DNA of 64,000 nt from Marispirochaeta sp. (GTDB lineage: Bacteria; Spirochaetota; Spirochaetia; JC444; Marispirochaetaceae). Position 1 is the stretch's first letter, and the number at the start of each line of letters is the position of its first letter. The notes beneath the pieces were generated by a model that worked only from the letters and a program-made list of their open reading frames with translations, was not told where the DNA came from and ran no database searches. The stretch spans positions 1,536,001-1,600,000 of the forward strand of contig CAXXFF010000002.1 of NCBI GenBank assembly GCA_963676835.2. Direction: 5' to 3'. Position numbers and translations under genes: made by a program. Shown one piece after another: positions 10,006 through 20,401 of this stretch.

Positions 10006-10253
10006 AGTCTTTCTCCTGAAATTGTTTTGAAATCAGGTAAATCCCCTTCCAAACCGTATTTGAATTAAAAAGGTATGTATGAATCGTTGAAAGGTTTGTG
10101 CAGTATTATTACATTGTTCATTAACTTTACCTTATACTGTGATAGTATTTTACAGTAATTTGCCTGTCAAGATAAACATTAGCACAGTATGTAAAATCTC
10201 AATATGTCTTCTGTAATAGTAATATATCACTATGTCATGCTATATTCCTGCAT

Positions 10254-11300
10254 ATGGCAAACTCTTGTAAAACAGTAGCATTTCCTGCAGAATGGGCAGA
10301 GCAGGACTCAATACAGATCGCATGGCCCCATGGGGACAGTGATTGGGAACCCTATCTTGAAGAGGCGGAAGCCTGTTTTCTCCGTATTGCAGAGGCTGTT
10401 GCCTCCCGCCAACGGCTCATTATTATTACACCCGATACAGACCATGCGCGGGAATGCATTTCCTCTTTTACAAACGAAACACAATCACGCATCTCTTTTA
10501 TGGAACTCCCCACAAATGACACCTGGAGCAGGGATTTCGGCGGCATAACTGTCTTCAAGCAAGGCAATCCCGAAATATGTGATTTTACCTTCAACGGCTG
10601 GGGCCTGAAATTCCCGGCCGACCGGGACAATCTTATAACCCGGCAGATGTTTGACGGTCAGGTATTTTCTCCAAATACCAAGTATGCTAACTGCAGGGAT
10701 TTTGTTCTCGAAGGCGGGTCTGTCGAGAGTGACGGGATGGGAACCATTCTCACCACCAGTACTTGTCTGCTTTCTCCCAACCGGAATGCCCACCTTAATA
10801 AAAGTGCGATTGAGGAAAAGCTGTGTTCGGTACTTGGAGCTGACAGAATACTCTGGCTGGATCATGGATATCTTGCCGGTGATGACACCGACAGCCATAT
10901 CGATACTCTTGCGCGCTTCTGTAATGAAGAGACAATCTGTTTTGTGGAATGTACTGACAGAAGCGATGAGCATTTTACGGAACTGCAGGCAATGAAACAG
11001 CAGCTTGAAAGTTTCCGTACCCCCGAGGGCCGTCCCTACCGGCTTGTTCCCCTGCCCATGGCGGAGCCTGTGTTTTATGAAGGGGAACGTCTGCCTGCAA
11101 CCTATGCTAATTTTCTGATTATAAACGGCGCTGTTCTCTGTCCAACCTATGGAACTGATACGGATCTTCAGGCACTGAAAATCCTTGGAGAGATTTTTTC
11201 GGATCGGGAGATTATCGGAATTGACTGTTCGGTACTGATTAAACAGCATGGTTCCCTCCACTGTGTGACCATGCAGTATCCAAAGGGGACAATAAAATGA
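10254..11300 (+). CDS. aguA: Agmatine deiminase
   Basis: PAEW, NDTWSRDFG, EGGS, DTDSHID, GSLHCVTMQ. Confidence 0.93.
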   Translation: MANSCKTVAFPAEWAEQDSIQIAWPHGDSDWEPYLEEAEACFLRIAEAVASRQRLIIITPDTDHARECISSFTNETQSRISFMELPTNDTWSRDFGGITVFKQGNPEICDFTFNGWGLKFPADRDNLITRQMFDGQVFSPNTKYANCRDFVLEGGSVESDGMGTILTTSTCLLSPNRNAHLNKSAIEEKLCSVLGADRILWLDHGYLAGDDTDSHIDTLARFCNEETICFVECTDRSDEHFTELQAMKQQLESFRTPEGRPYRLVPLPMAEPVFYEGERLPATYANFLIINGAVLCPTYGTDTDLQALKILGEIFSDREIIGIDCSVLIKQHGSLHCVTMQYPKGTIK

Positions 11301-12187
11301 AACGAGAATCGGTACAGGTCGGATTTGTGCAGCAGCACAACACCGGGGATATTAAAGACAATATGAACCGCCTGTCTGCGGGGATCAAATCTGCTGCGGC
11401 ACAGGGTGCCGAACTTGTAGTCCTTCAGGAACTGCATAACAGTCTCTATTTCTGTCAGGTTGAAACTCCCGATAACTTTGATCTTGCAGAGCCCATTCCC
11501 GGCCCGTCTACTGAGTATTACTGCAGTCTTGCCGCAGAGCATGGAATAGTTCTGGTTACATCCCTCTTTGAAAAACGGGCGGCCGGACTTTACCACAATA
11601 CGGCAGTTGTATTTGATACGGACGGAAGCATGGCCGGCCGCTACCGTAAAATGCACATTCCCGATGATCCCGCCTATTACGAAAAATTCTATTTTACCCC
11701 CGGGGATCTCGGCTTTACTCCAATTGATACCTCTCTCGGTCGTCTTGGCATCCTGGTCTGCTGGGATCAGTGGTACCCCGAAGCGGCACGGCTGATGGCA
11801 CTCGCCGGAGCTGAGATGCTCATCTATCCCACAGCCATCGGTTTTGAAAGCAGCGACAGCGAAGAAGAAAAGGAACGCCAGCGGCAGAGCTGGATTACCG
11901 TACAGCGGGGTCATGCGGTTGCAAACGGTCTGCCGGTAATTGCTGTCAACCGGGTGGGCTTTGAAGCTGATCCCAGCGGTGTCACCGGCGGCATTCAGTT
12001 CTGGGGCAGCTCCTTTGTGGCGGGTCCCCAGGGGGAACTGCTGTATCAGAGCTCAACAGATTCTGAGGATCGCGCGGTTGTGTCGGTTAATTTAAAACGG
12101 TCGGAAGAGGTCCGCAGGATGTGGCCATTTCTGCGGGATCGCCGTATAGACAGCTTCACCGATCTCACGAAGAGATTTATCGATTAA
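11297..12187 (+). CDS. aguB: N-carbamoylputrescine amidase (nitrilase family)
   Basis: LQELH, YRKMHIPDDP.YYEKFYF, VCWDQWYPE; coupled to aguA. Confidence 0.93.
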   Translation: MKRESVQVGFVQQHNTGDIKDNMNRLSAGIKSAAAQGAELVVLQELHNSLYFCQVETPDNFDLAEPIPGPSTEYYCSLAAEHGIVLVTSLFEKRAAGLYHNTAVVFDTDGSMAGRYRKMHIPDDPAYYEKFYFTPGDLGFTPIDTSLGRLGILVCWDQWYPEAARLMALAGAEMLIYPTAIGFESSDSEEEKERQRQSWITVQRGHAVANGLPVIAVNRVGFEADPSGVTGGIQFWGSSFVAGPQGELLYQSSTDSEDRAVVSVNLKRSEEVRRMWPFLRDRRIDSFTDLTKRFID

Positions 12188-12202
12188 TACCCGCTCCGGC
12201 AA

Positions 12203-12856
12203 TTACAGTTTCAGCCCGGATAGTGTAAGCAGAGCAGGCTTGAAAATTTCAATTCTCTTTTTGTCCATCTCACCGGTCCAGGAAAGAACAATATGCTTTT
12301 TCAGTAAGAACAACGCTCCTCCCGGGGGAAGAACCTCTTTAAGAACATGGTTTACCTCATCTGTCCAGGCTGAACTTTCCACCAATTCAGGGTTCGGACT
12401 CAGCAGCCAGTTCCATTCTTCACCAGTTACAACCTTCAGGGCGCTGCCTGCTGCAGCCTCTGCCGCTCTTCCCATAAGACCTTCCTGTCTTCGCACCACC
12501 CAGAAACTGTCACCGGCGGCTTTGCGGGGGCAGATGCCCAGGGTGTAGCGGTTTCCCCGGTTACGGGCAACCCCGGGGATAAAATATCTGTACTCGCAAA
12601 TTGTCAGTCCGTCTCCGGAATCGAGCAGGTTGTAAATATTGTGTTTTCCGCGGCGCAGGGAAAACAGCTCCTCCTCCAGGACCGGCAGTATTGGGTGCTG
12701 ATCAGCTGATTTGGAAAAACTCCATCCCATCTCCGCCGCAATTGAGGCGAAAACAGCCCCCGACCGGAGTTTCCGGATCAGGATACGTATAAGAAGAACG
12801 GTCATGACTATAGGAATGCCGAAAAAGAGTGTTAAGAAAATAATCGATTCTATCAT
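12203..12856 (-). CDS. Hypothetical protein with N-terminal TM helix
   Basis: 217-aa ORF with hydrophobic N-terminus. Confidence 0.6.
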   Translation of the reverse strand: MIESIIFLTLFFGIPIVMTVLLIRILIRKLRSGAVFASIAAEMGWSFSKSADQHPILPVLEEELFSLRRGKHNIYNLLDSGDGLTICEYRYFIPGVARNRGNRYTLGICPRKAAGDSFWVVRRQEGLMGRAAEAAAGSALKVVTGEEWNWLLSPNPELVESSAWTDEVNHVLKEVLPPGGALFLLKKHIVLSWTGEMDKKRIEIFKPALLTLSGLKL

Positions 12857-12919
12857 GCTTTTATTCTATCATCATCAGTGGGATAAGAGGATGGTTTTTC
12901 CTGTTTGCCTATAAGGTAA

Positions 12920-14260
12920 ATGGGGAGTACATTGGGAATATCCCTGGGAGCTGCAAAAGATATGACACGCGGAAATAAAAAAATCGGATTAACTGAATTG
13001 GTGGCCATCGGAATCGGCGGTATGGTTGGGGGCGGTATATTTGCTGTTCTCGGCCTTGCAGTTTCTCTTGCCGGTGGGGGAACTCCTGCTGCATTTCTGA
13101 TTGCGGGGAGTCTTGCATTGATAACCGCAAAGAGTTATTCCAGGCTCTCCCTTTCGTTTCCCGACCGCGGAGGTACGGTCAGGTTTATCAATCAGGGGTT
13201 CGGCCGTTCTGTATTCAGCGGAGGGATTAATAATCTTCTCTGGTTAAGCTATGTAATCATGCTCTCTCTGTATGCTTCCGCTTTTGCTTCCTATGCCGCC
13301 AACCTTCTGCCATTCTTCGGAAACGGAAGGGGTGCTTTTCACCTGTTTGCAACAGGAATTATTATTACAGCAACCATCATCAACTATGCCAGTGTAAAGG
13401 TTGTGGGGATTATTGAAGATTATGCAGTTGTAATAAAGCTTCTTATTCTTCTGGTTTTTACGGTTTTCGGACTCTATGGTCTTTTCTCCAGTTCGCATTT
13501 ATCACAGCTTGCTCCGGCAAACTGGAAGAGCCCCCTGAGCCTGCTGACCGGAGGTATGGTAATTTTTGTTGCCTACGAAGGATTTGAACTGATCGCCAAT
13601 GCCGCACCGGATGTTGTGAATCCGGAAAAGAATATACCCCTGGCCTACTCTGTGTCGGTAATTTTTGTTATATGCCTCTATCTGGTTATTGCCGTTATTA
13701 CAGTCGGGTCTCTCTCTTTTGACACGATTGCCTCCGCCGAAGACTATGCTCTCGCGGAAGCGGCACGGCCAGTACTGGGACAGTCGGGATTTGTTCTCAT
13801 TGGTGTTGCCGCATTGATTTCAACCTTTTCTGCAATAAATGCCTCCCTCTATGGCGGCAGCCGGGTAAGTTATGAAATAGCCGAGGATGATGAACTGCCC
13901 CATGAATTTTCCGGAAAATTATGGAACCATCCTGTAGGGTTACTGATTACGTCCGGCATAACCCTGGTGGTGGTTAATCTTATTAATCTTGAAAGTATCT
14001 CCACCGCGGGAAGCGCTGGATTTATCCTGGTGTTCTCCCTGGTGAATTTTACAGCTTTCAAGTACAGCCGGCAGTCCGGCAGGCCTGATTATCTGGCGGC
14101 TCTTGGTTTTTTTCTTGGACTTGTTTCGCTGATGAGCCTGATGGTTCAGCAGTTTATATCAAATTTTTTCGGAGCAGTGTTTTCGGTGGCAATTATAATC
14201 TTTTCTCTTGCAGTTGAATGGGGTTATAAATGGCTGGAGCGTATGCCTGAAGTAAAATGA
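12920..14260 (+). CDS. APC-family amino acid/polyamine permease
   Basis: GIGGMVGGGIF, FVAYEGFE, ~12 TM helices; start may be ATG 12962. Confidence 0.9.
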   Translation: MGSTLGISLGAAKDMTRGNKKIGLTELVAIGIGGMVGGGIFAVLGLAVSLAGGGTPAAFLIAGSLALITAKSYSRLSLSFPDRGGTVRFINQGFGRSVFSGGINNLLWLSYVIMLSLYASAFASYAANLLPFFGNGRGAFHLFATGIIITATIINYASVKVVGIIEDYAVVIKLLILLVFTVFGLYGLFSSSHLSQLAPANWKSPLSLLTGGMVIFVAYEGFELIANAAPDVVNPEKNIPLAYSVSVIFVICLYLVIAVITVGSLSFDTIASAEDYALAEAARPVLGQSGFVLIGVAALISTFSAINASLYGGSRVSYEIAEDDELPHEFSGKLWNHPVGLLITSGITLVVVNLINLESISTAGSAGFILVFSLVNFTAFKYSRQSGRPDYLAALGFFLGLVSLMSLMVQQFISNFFGAVFSVAIIIFSLAVEWGYKWLERMPEVK

Positions 14261-14272
14261 TGAGGTTATGTA

Positions 14273-14704
14273 ATGAAAAGAATTCTTGTGCTTGTATTTG
14301 TGCTGCTTTCCTTTTCTCTTGCGGCCGAGGGGCTTAAGACTGCTGAGCAAACAGAAAGGTTTGCAGAAAAGCTTATAACCATGTTTTACGCCAAAGACTT
14401 TAAAGGCGGCATTGATGCTGCCCGTCCCTACTGGCCGCTGCCTCAGGGAGAACTCGATAGTCTGACAACCACCATTATCAGTCAGTGGGTTGTTGTGGAA
14501 AACAGATTCGGTAATGCTACCGGATATGAGCTGATCAAAAAAGAGAAGATTGGCAGCTCTTTTATTCGCTACTACTATCTGCACAAGTTTGAGCGTCATG
14601 CCATCTACTGGAATTTTACTTTTTATAAACCCGAAGATGTGTGGGTGATCAACACCATTTCCTTTATGGATGATCTTGAGATTCTGTTCGAAGCTGCAGA
14701 TTAG
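14273..14704 (+). CDS. Secreted hypothetical protein
   Basis: Signal peptide; GAGG RBS. Confidence 0.7.
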   Translation: MKRILVLVFVLLSFSLAAEGLKTAEQTERFAEKLITMFYAKDFKGGIDAARPYWPLPQGELDSLTTTIISQWVVVENRFGNATGYELIKKEKIGSSFIRYYYLHKFERHAIYWNFTFYKPEDVWVINTISFMDDLEILFEAAD

Positions 14705-14716
14705 AAGGATCGCCGC

Positions 14717-15724
14717 ATGAATGCCGAATCTGAGAAACTGGTAGGGTGGGGGATTATCGGAGCGGGAATCATTGCCCGTAAGTTTGCCGATGCGGTCGTG
14801 TCAGCTAAAGAGAGCCGGGTTCTTGCTGTGGCTTCAAAGGATGCAAAACGGGCAGCCGATTTTGCAGCTGAGTTTGCCATTCCCCGGGCCTGTACCTACA
14901 GCCAGTTGGTAAACGATCCGGAGATCGATATTGTCTACGTGGCAACTACCCACAATTTCCATTATGAGTGCGCCCGGCTTGCCCTCGAAGCAGGCAAGCC
15001 GGTTCTTCTGGAAAAGCCCTTTACCGTGAATGCCCGTCAGGCGGAAGAACTGGCAGCTCTTGCCCGAAGCCGGGAGCTGCTCCTCATGGAAGCCGTCTGG
15101 GTGCGCTATCTTCCTGCACTTATAACCATGAAGCGGATGATCGCAGAAGGTGTAATCGGTGAGGTGAAGCAGGCTTCAGCAACGTTCGGTAATTTTGTAT
15201 TGCCCCGTTTTGAGAACCGTCTGCAGGATCCTGCCCTTGCCGGAGGAGCAACCCTCGACATGGGGATCTACCCCATCAGCGTAGTCAGTTATATCCTCGG
15301 TGAAGTTCCCTCGGAAGTCAGTTCCATGTGCCGCTTTTCCGAAAGCGGGGTAGATGAGGTTGCAGACTATCTTTTTCGGTATCCATCCGGATGTCTGGCC
15401 CATATTTCCGCCAGTTATAAACTGAAAATGGAAAAGCGTGCCTGCTTTTACGGAAGCAAAGGGTATATCGAGTTTAATGATTTTCCATCCGGCTCCGGCT
15501 TTACTCTAAACCTGCATAATGGAACGAATGATATTGTTCAAACCGAGCGGATAGAACTGGAACAGAGCGATAACGGTTTTGTATATCAGGTGGCGGAAGC
15601 TGTCCGCTGTCTGCGTGAGGGGCTTACAGAAACCCCGGTAATTCCCCTGGATGAAACAATAGCCCTGATGTGGGTTATGGACCGGATGCGCAGGGAATGG
15701 GGACTTCAGTATGATTGTGAGTAA
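14717..15724 (+). CDS. Gfo/Idh/MocA-family oxidoreductase
   Basis: GIIGAGIIA, EKPF, GGATLDMGIY. Confidence 0.92.
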   Translation: MNAESEKLVGWGIIGAGIIARKFADAVVSAKESRVLAVASKDAKRAADFAAEFAIPRACTYSQLVNDPEIDIVYVATTHNFHYECARLALEAGKPVLLEKPFTVNARQAEELAALARSRELLLMEAVWVRYLPALITMKRMIAEGVIGEVKQASATFGNFVLPRFENRLQDPALAGGATLDMGIYPISVVSYILGEVPSEVSSMCRFSESGVDEVADYLFRYPSGCLAHISASYKLKMEKRACFYGSKGYIEFNDFPSGSGFTLNLHNGTNDIVQTERIELEQSDNGFVYQVAEAVRCLREGLTETPVIPLDETIALMWVMDRMRREWGLQYDCE

Positions 15725-15735
15725 GGCAGGAGTCG

Positions 15736-16224
15736 ATGATGAAAGCTTTTCTAAGGCCGCAGTATGAAAACGTACTCAAGATGCTGGAGGAGTGTATAGC
15801 GAAGTATCCGGATGATCTCTGGGCGGACACCGGATACCAGAACCCTGCCTGGCATGTGGCGTATCATGCGCTGTACTATACGAATATCTATCTTGCCCCG
15901 ACGGAGGATGAAATCCGTCACTGGCCGGAAGAGCAGGCGGAACTGCATTACCTTGCCAGTAGTGCACATCCGGAGTATAGCGGGGTTTTCAAAAAAGCAG
16001 TTCCCTACAGTAGGGACGAGATGATCTCTTTTCTCGGTTTAATCAGACAGTACCTTTCCCAATACCTGCAGAACCTGGATCCCCATGCCCCCGCATGGCC
16101 GTCCTGGTACGATCAGCCCCGCGGTGAGTTTCATATCAATAATCTGCGCCATCTGCAGCATCATACAGGGGAGTTGCAGGAACGGATTAACAGCCGGAGA
16201 ACTACAACCAATGAGTGGTTTTGA
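15736..16224 (+). CDS. DinB-family protein
   Basis: WHVAYH and RHLQHHTGEL histidine motifs. Confidence 0.8.
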   Translation: MMKAFLRPQYENVLKMLEECIAKYPDDLWADTGYQNPAWHVAYHALYYTNIYLAPTEDEIRHWPEEQAELHYLASSAHPEYSGVFKKAVPYSRDEMISFLGLIRQYLSQYLQNLDPHAPAWPSWYDQPRGEFHINNLRHLQHHTGELQERINSRRTTTNEWF

Positions 16225-16307
16225 ATTATTAGTAATATAGTCAAATAAGTTGAGCTCCTGCGCTGAAATGAGTATCTTCATTTATATACAAGGCAAGGAG
16301 ATGTTCA

Positions 16308-17003
16308 ATGATTAATGTTAAATTGTCCGCCCGGATAGCGGGAATCCTCTATCTGATTATTACCGTTGCCGCGGTAATAGCCCATTTCAAGGTTCCCGGA
16401 GCGCTGTTTGTTGACGGTGACCCTGCGGCAACCTTTGGAAATATTGAGGCCTCACCGTCAATGCTGAATATGGCAGTCGGGGCAGAGCTTGTGGTGCTTC
16501 TCAGCGAGGTTATTCTGTCGGTGCTGCTCTATTTTCTGTTTAAACCGGTAAGCCCCTTGCTGTCGGGTATCTCCGCTGTTTCCAGACTGACCATGACGGG
16601 GATTCATGGTATTAATCTGCTCAATTACTATTTCATATTTCAACTCGCAGGAAATCCCGAGTATGGAACTGTTTTCACCATTCCCCAACTGCAGCAGCTG
16701 ACAAGTCTGTTTATCGATGCCCACGGATATGGATTTACCCTCGGGGTTGTTTTTCTTTCTCTCCATGCTGTGCTTTTAGGCTATCTTATTTTTCGTTCCG
16801 GCTATTTTCCTAAAGTACTGGGAATCCTCTTCCTCATTGCCTCTGCCGGTTACCTTATTGACAGTCTCTCTCTGCTCTTTGTCCCGAGCTATGCCGTTAC
16901 ATCGGGATTTATTGCAGCACCTATTGTAATTGCAGAACTGGCATTTCCTTTATGGCTTCTGATAAGGGGCTTGAATATGCAAAAATGGCAGGAGCTGCAA
17001 TGA
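16308..17003 (+). CDS. DUF4386-like membrane protein
   Basis: ARIAGILYL, LFKPV, RSGYFPK.LG, ELAFPLWLLIRG. Confidence 0.8.
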   Translation: MINVKLSARIAGILYLIITVAAVIAHFKVPGALFVDGDPAATFGNIEASPSMLNMAVGAELVVLLSEVILSVLLYFLFKPVSPLLSGISAVSRLTMTGIHGINLLNYYFIFQLAGNPEYGTVFTIPQLQQLTSLFIDAHGYGFTLGVVFLSLHAVLLGYLIFRSGYFPKVLGILFLIASAGYLIDSLSLLFVPSYAVTSGFIAAPIVIAELAFPLWLLIRGLNMQKWQELQ

Positions 17004-17524
17004 AATATGCGGTTCTTTTACGGGGAATAAACGTGGGCAGCAGCAGCCCCAGGGTTGTAATGAAGGATCTTCGCGAAAGACTTGAGCAGGAGGGCTTTTC
17101 TGAGGTCTCTACCTATATAAACTCTGGAAATATTCTCCTCGATTCTTCTTTAAGCCGGGAAGAGGCTGCGGAGAATATCCGCCGTATTTTATATGACCTT
17201 TCCGGAGCGGAAATCCCTCTGCTGATAAAAACCGTGGATGATATGCGGGCTATTGCCGGAGCACTCCCGGAAAGCTGGCAGAACGACAAAGAGCAGAAAA
17301 GCGACGTGGCCTATCTGTTCCCGGAGATTGATTCGGAGGATACCATAGAGGAGCTTCCTCTAATTCTGGATTACCTTGATATCCGCTATGTTCCGGGAGC
17401 AATTATCTGGAATGTCAGCCGGGAAAATCAGAACAAAAGCCGTTTAAGTAAACTGGCTGGACATAAACTCTACAAGTTAATGACCATACGTAATGTAAAT
17501 ACCGCCCGTTTTCTGGCAGAATAG
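17000..17524 (+). CDS. DUF1697-family protein
   Basis: YAVLLRGINVG, TYINSGN, TIRNVNT; ATGA overlap with upstream stop. Confidence 0.88.
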   Translation: MKYAVLLRGINVGSSSPRVVMKDLRERLEQEGFSEVSTYINSGNILLDSSLSREEAAENIRRILYDLSGAEIPLLIKTVDDMRAIAGALPESWQNDKEQKSDVAYLFPEIDSEDTIEELPLILDYLDIRYVPGAIIWNVSRENQNKSRLSKLAGHKLYKLMTIRNVNTARFLAE

Positions 17525-17529
17525 AACAT

Positions 17530-18309
17530 GTGAAGGCAATCAGCGACAAAGAACTCCTCTCCTGCTGGAATATGGTTTATAACATATCTCTCAATATGCT
17601 GCATAATCCTGCAGATGCAGAAGATGCTGTTCAGGAGATTTTTGAAAAAGCGGCAGAAGGGTTCTCATCTTTTAAAGGGCACTCAAAACTTTCCACCTGG
17701 ATCTACAGTATTGCCAGAAATCATCTGCTTGATATCAGGCGAAAAGGCTTCCGGGACCAAATTTCCTTTGAACTGTTTGAACACGATGTAACTCATTTTA
17801 AACCCTATGAGAATGAGCTCGGTTTCAATGAAGCTGAAGAGAAGATCTATATTGAACAGATAAAAAACGGTTGTACCCTTGCAATGCTGCAGTGTCTTGA
17901 TCCCGAAAGCAGGCTGATCTATATACTCTCCAACATTTTTGCTTTTTCCGGAAAAGATGCGGCGGAAATATGCGGGCTTCAGGAAGCTGCCTACAGAAAA
18001 AAACTCTCCCGGGCGAGAGCTGCTGTTTCAGGTTTTATGCAGAAAAACTGCGGTCTGCAGAACCCTGAAGCCTTCTGTTCCTGCGGTAAACGGATTCTCA
18101 TTGCCCAAGAAAGGGGGCGGGTGCAAAAGCATTTTCCGCCTCCTTCTTTCAAGCTGATCCGGGAGTGTACCGCAGAATTAAACGATCTCGATGCCTCCTC
18201 TGTGATATTCAGAAACAACTGGTTTTATGAACATTCGACGGATTTTGCAGAAAAGCTAACCTCCCGGTTCAAAATACTTTCCAGAAACCCTGCCGGTTTA
18301 TCCGATTAA
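17530..18309 (+). CDS. ECF sigma factor with Cys-containing C-terminal extension
   Basis: DAEDAVQEIF, STWIYSIARN, RKKLSRAR; CGL..P...CSC. Confidence 0.85.
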   Translation: MKAISDKELLSCWNMVYNISLNMLHNPADAEDAVQEIFEKAAEGFSSFKGHSKLSTWIYSIARNHLLDIRRKGFRDQISFELFEHDVTHFKPYENELGFNEAEEKIYIEQIKNGCTLAMLQCLDPESRLIYILSNIFAFSGKDAAEICGLQEAAYRKKLSRARAAVSGFMQKNCGLQNPEAFCSCGKRILIAQERGRVQKHFPPPSFKLIRECTAELNDLDASSVIFRNNWFYEHSTDFAEKLTSRFKILSRNPAGLSD

Positions 18310-18615
18310 CAGCCCTTCAATCATTCCCAGTAAGCCTCCTAAAATAATAGTTGTCACGATTATCTGTGGGAGTGCTCTCTTGTCCAGTCTGAAAATCAGA
18401 AAACTTAAGGGAAGGAGAATCATAACGGCCAGGCATATTCCGTTCAGCCAGGGGATAGGAAAAATCACTGCCTTGTAAACAAGGATGCCGCTGACAAGCC
18501 ACATGCAGAACGCGGAAAGGATAAACAGGGGGTCAAGTTTTTTTATAAGCATGGGAATACAATCAAGAATTCCAGCGGCTGCTCCTGCAGCGATGGCTAT
18601 AACAAATTGGTTCAT
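18298..18615 (-). CDS. Small integral membrane protein
   Basis: Four hydrophobic segments; AGGAG RBS. Confidence 0.7.
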   Translation of the reverse strand: MNQFVIAIAAGAAAGILDCIPMLIKKLDPLFILSAFCMWLVSGILVYKAVIFPIPWLNGICLAVMILLPLSFLIFRLDKRALPQIIVTTIILGGLLGMIEGLLIG

Positions 18616-18715
18616 GAAGAACTCCTTGTGATGGTTGTACTATATTAGACGTTGTCTGGATGAAATTGTGACAAGAAAACTGTTTATTCAGGGAATTATC
18701 TGCTTTAATGAAAAG

Positions 18716-19852
18716 ATGGAAAATTGGGATCATCTTTTAAGTCTTATCCTGTTTGTAATAATGGTTTTGTTTATCGTATATTGTAGAGCTGGATTGACCT
18801 CTTCAGAAGAAGCATCTCTGCAACTGCCGTCCATCCGGCAGCTGCGAAGTCTGACCTCTAGGGCGGTTAAAGGTCATTACATCATCTTTTTCATAATTCC
18901 TGTTTTGTTTTTTCTGCTGGGATTATCTGTTTTTGTCTTTCAGATACATCAATACAGCAAATATGGCCTTCTTGAAGAGACTTCAGGGTTCATATTTTCA
19001 AATCCTTTTTCCGGTAAGACTTTACAGGATATTTTTCTCCAGCTTTATTCTGACCTTCCCGGAGCCTGTAGTTTTTTCAGATTCTTTTCCTATTTTAATC
19101 CCCTGTTTGTTTTTATATTTCCACTTTTTGTATTGAAAAAGACTGGAATCCGGAGGGGGAGAAATTATCTTACAGCCTTTATTGTTACCGGTCTGATAAT
19201 CGCCGGAGTTTTGATTTCAATCTATTTTAGTGACAGCCTGTTCGGGACTGTTCTAAAGATTCTTCATGTATGTCTGGATATAATGCAGCATTATTTTACT
19301 GCCTACCTTTATGGTTATCTCATGGCCATGCTTTTTACATTGCTTGAGGGACGGGATCCGGATATGGAGGCATGTCATTTCCGGGCGGATCGGGCCTTAA
19401 CTTCGGTTTTTACTGTTATGCTTCTGTTTACTTGTGCAACTTCTTTCGAAACATATGTACGGCGCTTTATACCGTCTTTCAGCCCTGGATTCGCTATGAG
19501 CAGAACTCTTTTTACTTTTATTTTACAACTCTGGTATCTCATTCTTATCCCTAGGCTTATTCTTACAGGAAATTCAATCCGGCGGGAGATGTTTGAGACG
19601 GCAGTACTGGTAAAAAATAAAGGGATGGTTCTTGTTAAACCTTTTATTATTATGGTCATAATAAATATTCTGCTCACATATCTGTTCAGGGCATTTACGG
19701 TTACCTTCGCTGTTCCCGGGATTTTTCTGCTTATGCGTAAAGTTCTCTATTTTGTATTCTACTTTCCTTTGTCGATGTTCATGGTTAATTATCTTGTATC
19801 CTGTATACACGCTGTGAGTAAGGATGAAGGGACTGTAATAGCTGCGGATTAA
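18716..19852 (+). CDS. Hypothetical multi-pass membrane protein
   Basis: Long hydrophobic, AT-rich ORF; start uncertain. Confidence 0.6.
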   Translation: MENWDHLLSLILFVIMVLFIVYCRAGLTSSEEASLQLPSIRQLRSLTSRAVKGHYIIFFIIPVLFFLLGLSVFVFQIHQYSKYGLLEETSGFIFSNPFSGKTLQDIFLQLYSDLPGACSFFRFFSYFNPLFVFIFPLFVLKKTGIRRGRNYLTAFIVTGLIIAGVLISIYFSDSLFGTVLKILHVCLDIMQHYFTAYLYGYLMAMLFTLLEGRDPDMEACHFRADRALTSVFTVMLLFTCATSFETYVRRFIPSFSPGFAMSRTLFTFILQLWYLILIPRLILTGNSIRREMFETAVLVKNKGMVLVKPFIIMVIINILLTYLFRAFTVTFAVPGIFLLMRKVLYFVFYFPLSMFMVNYLVSCIHAVSKDEGTVIAAD

Positions 19853-19875
19853 CATATTTCTCACAGATTCTGCCG

Positions 19876-20160
19876 GTGACAATCATCCTTCAGCAGTTTA
19901 CAGTAATACATCACTTCCTACTCGCATTCGCCCTGATAATGGAAGTTCCCATGATGATGATTCTTCTCTCCCGAACCCTCAAGTACCGGCTAAACAGACT
20001 CCTTAATATGGTTTTCGGATTGGTTCTGATTCTAATCCAGGCAGGTTCACTGGGCGTTGGAGGGGTTACACTTCACTATGTTTTTTTCAGCGAAATTGAG
20101 ATTTTTATCTGTCTGGTTATTGTTATAACCGCCGCAAGATGGAGACCGGAGCATGTGTAA
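19876..20160 (+). pseudogene. 5'-truncated DUF6326-like membrane protein
   Basis: LIMEVPMMMILLSRTLKYRLNRLLN resembles the C-terminal part of this family; N-terminal part and RBS appear absent. Confidence 0.45.
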
Positions 20161-20319
20161 AGACCTTATTTATCCATAAAATCTATAATCTCCAGTAAGT
20201 GTGCCGTGAGATCCATTCATTTTTTCTGCTGTTTTATTAATTACAGTATTCATTATTGATAGTTAACTCATTACACTCAAATTATTTAGTACCATGTCAA
20301 CTAAATTTTCTCAAAAAAT

Positions 20320-20370
20320 TTGACAAAGCATATCCCGTTACAAATAATTCTTAGTACGGATTCGTACTAA
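20320..20370 (+). promoter_or_regulatory. Sigma70-type promoter with downstream palindromic operator candidate
   Basis: TTGACA(20320)-17 bp-AATAAT(20343); perfect IR TTAGTACG-GATT-CGTACTAA at 20351-20370. Confidence 0.65.
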
Positions 20371-20401
20371 AAATCTATTTCTGTAGATCAGGAGGATTTG
20401 C

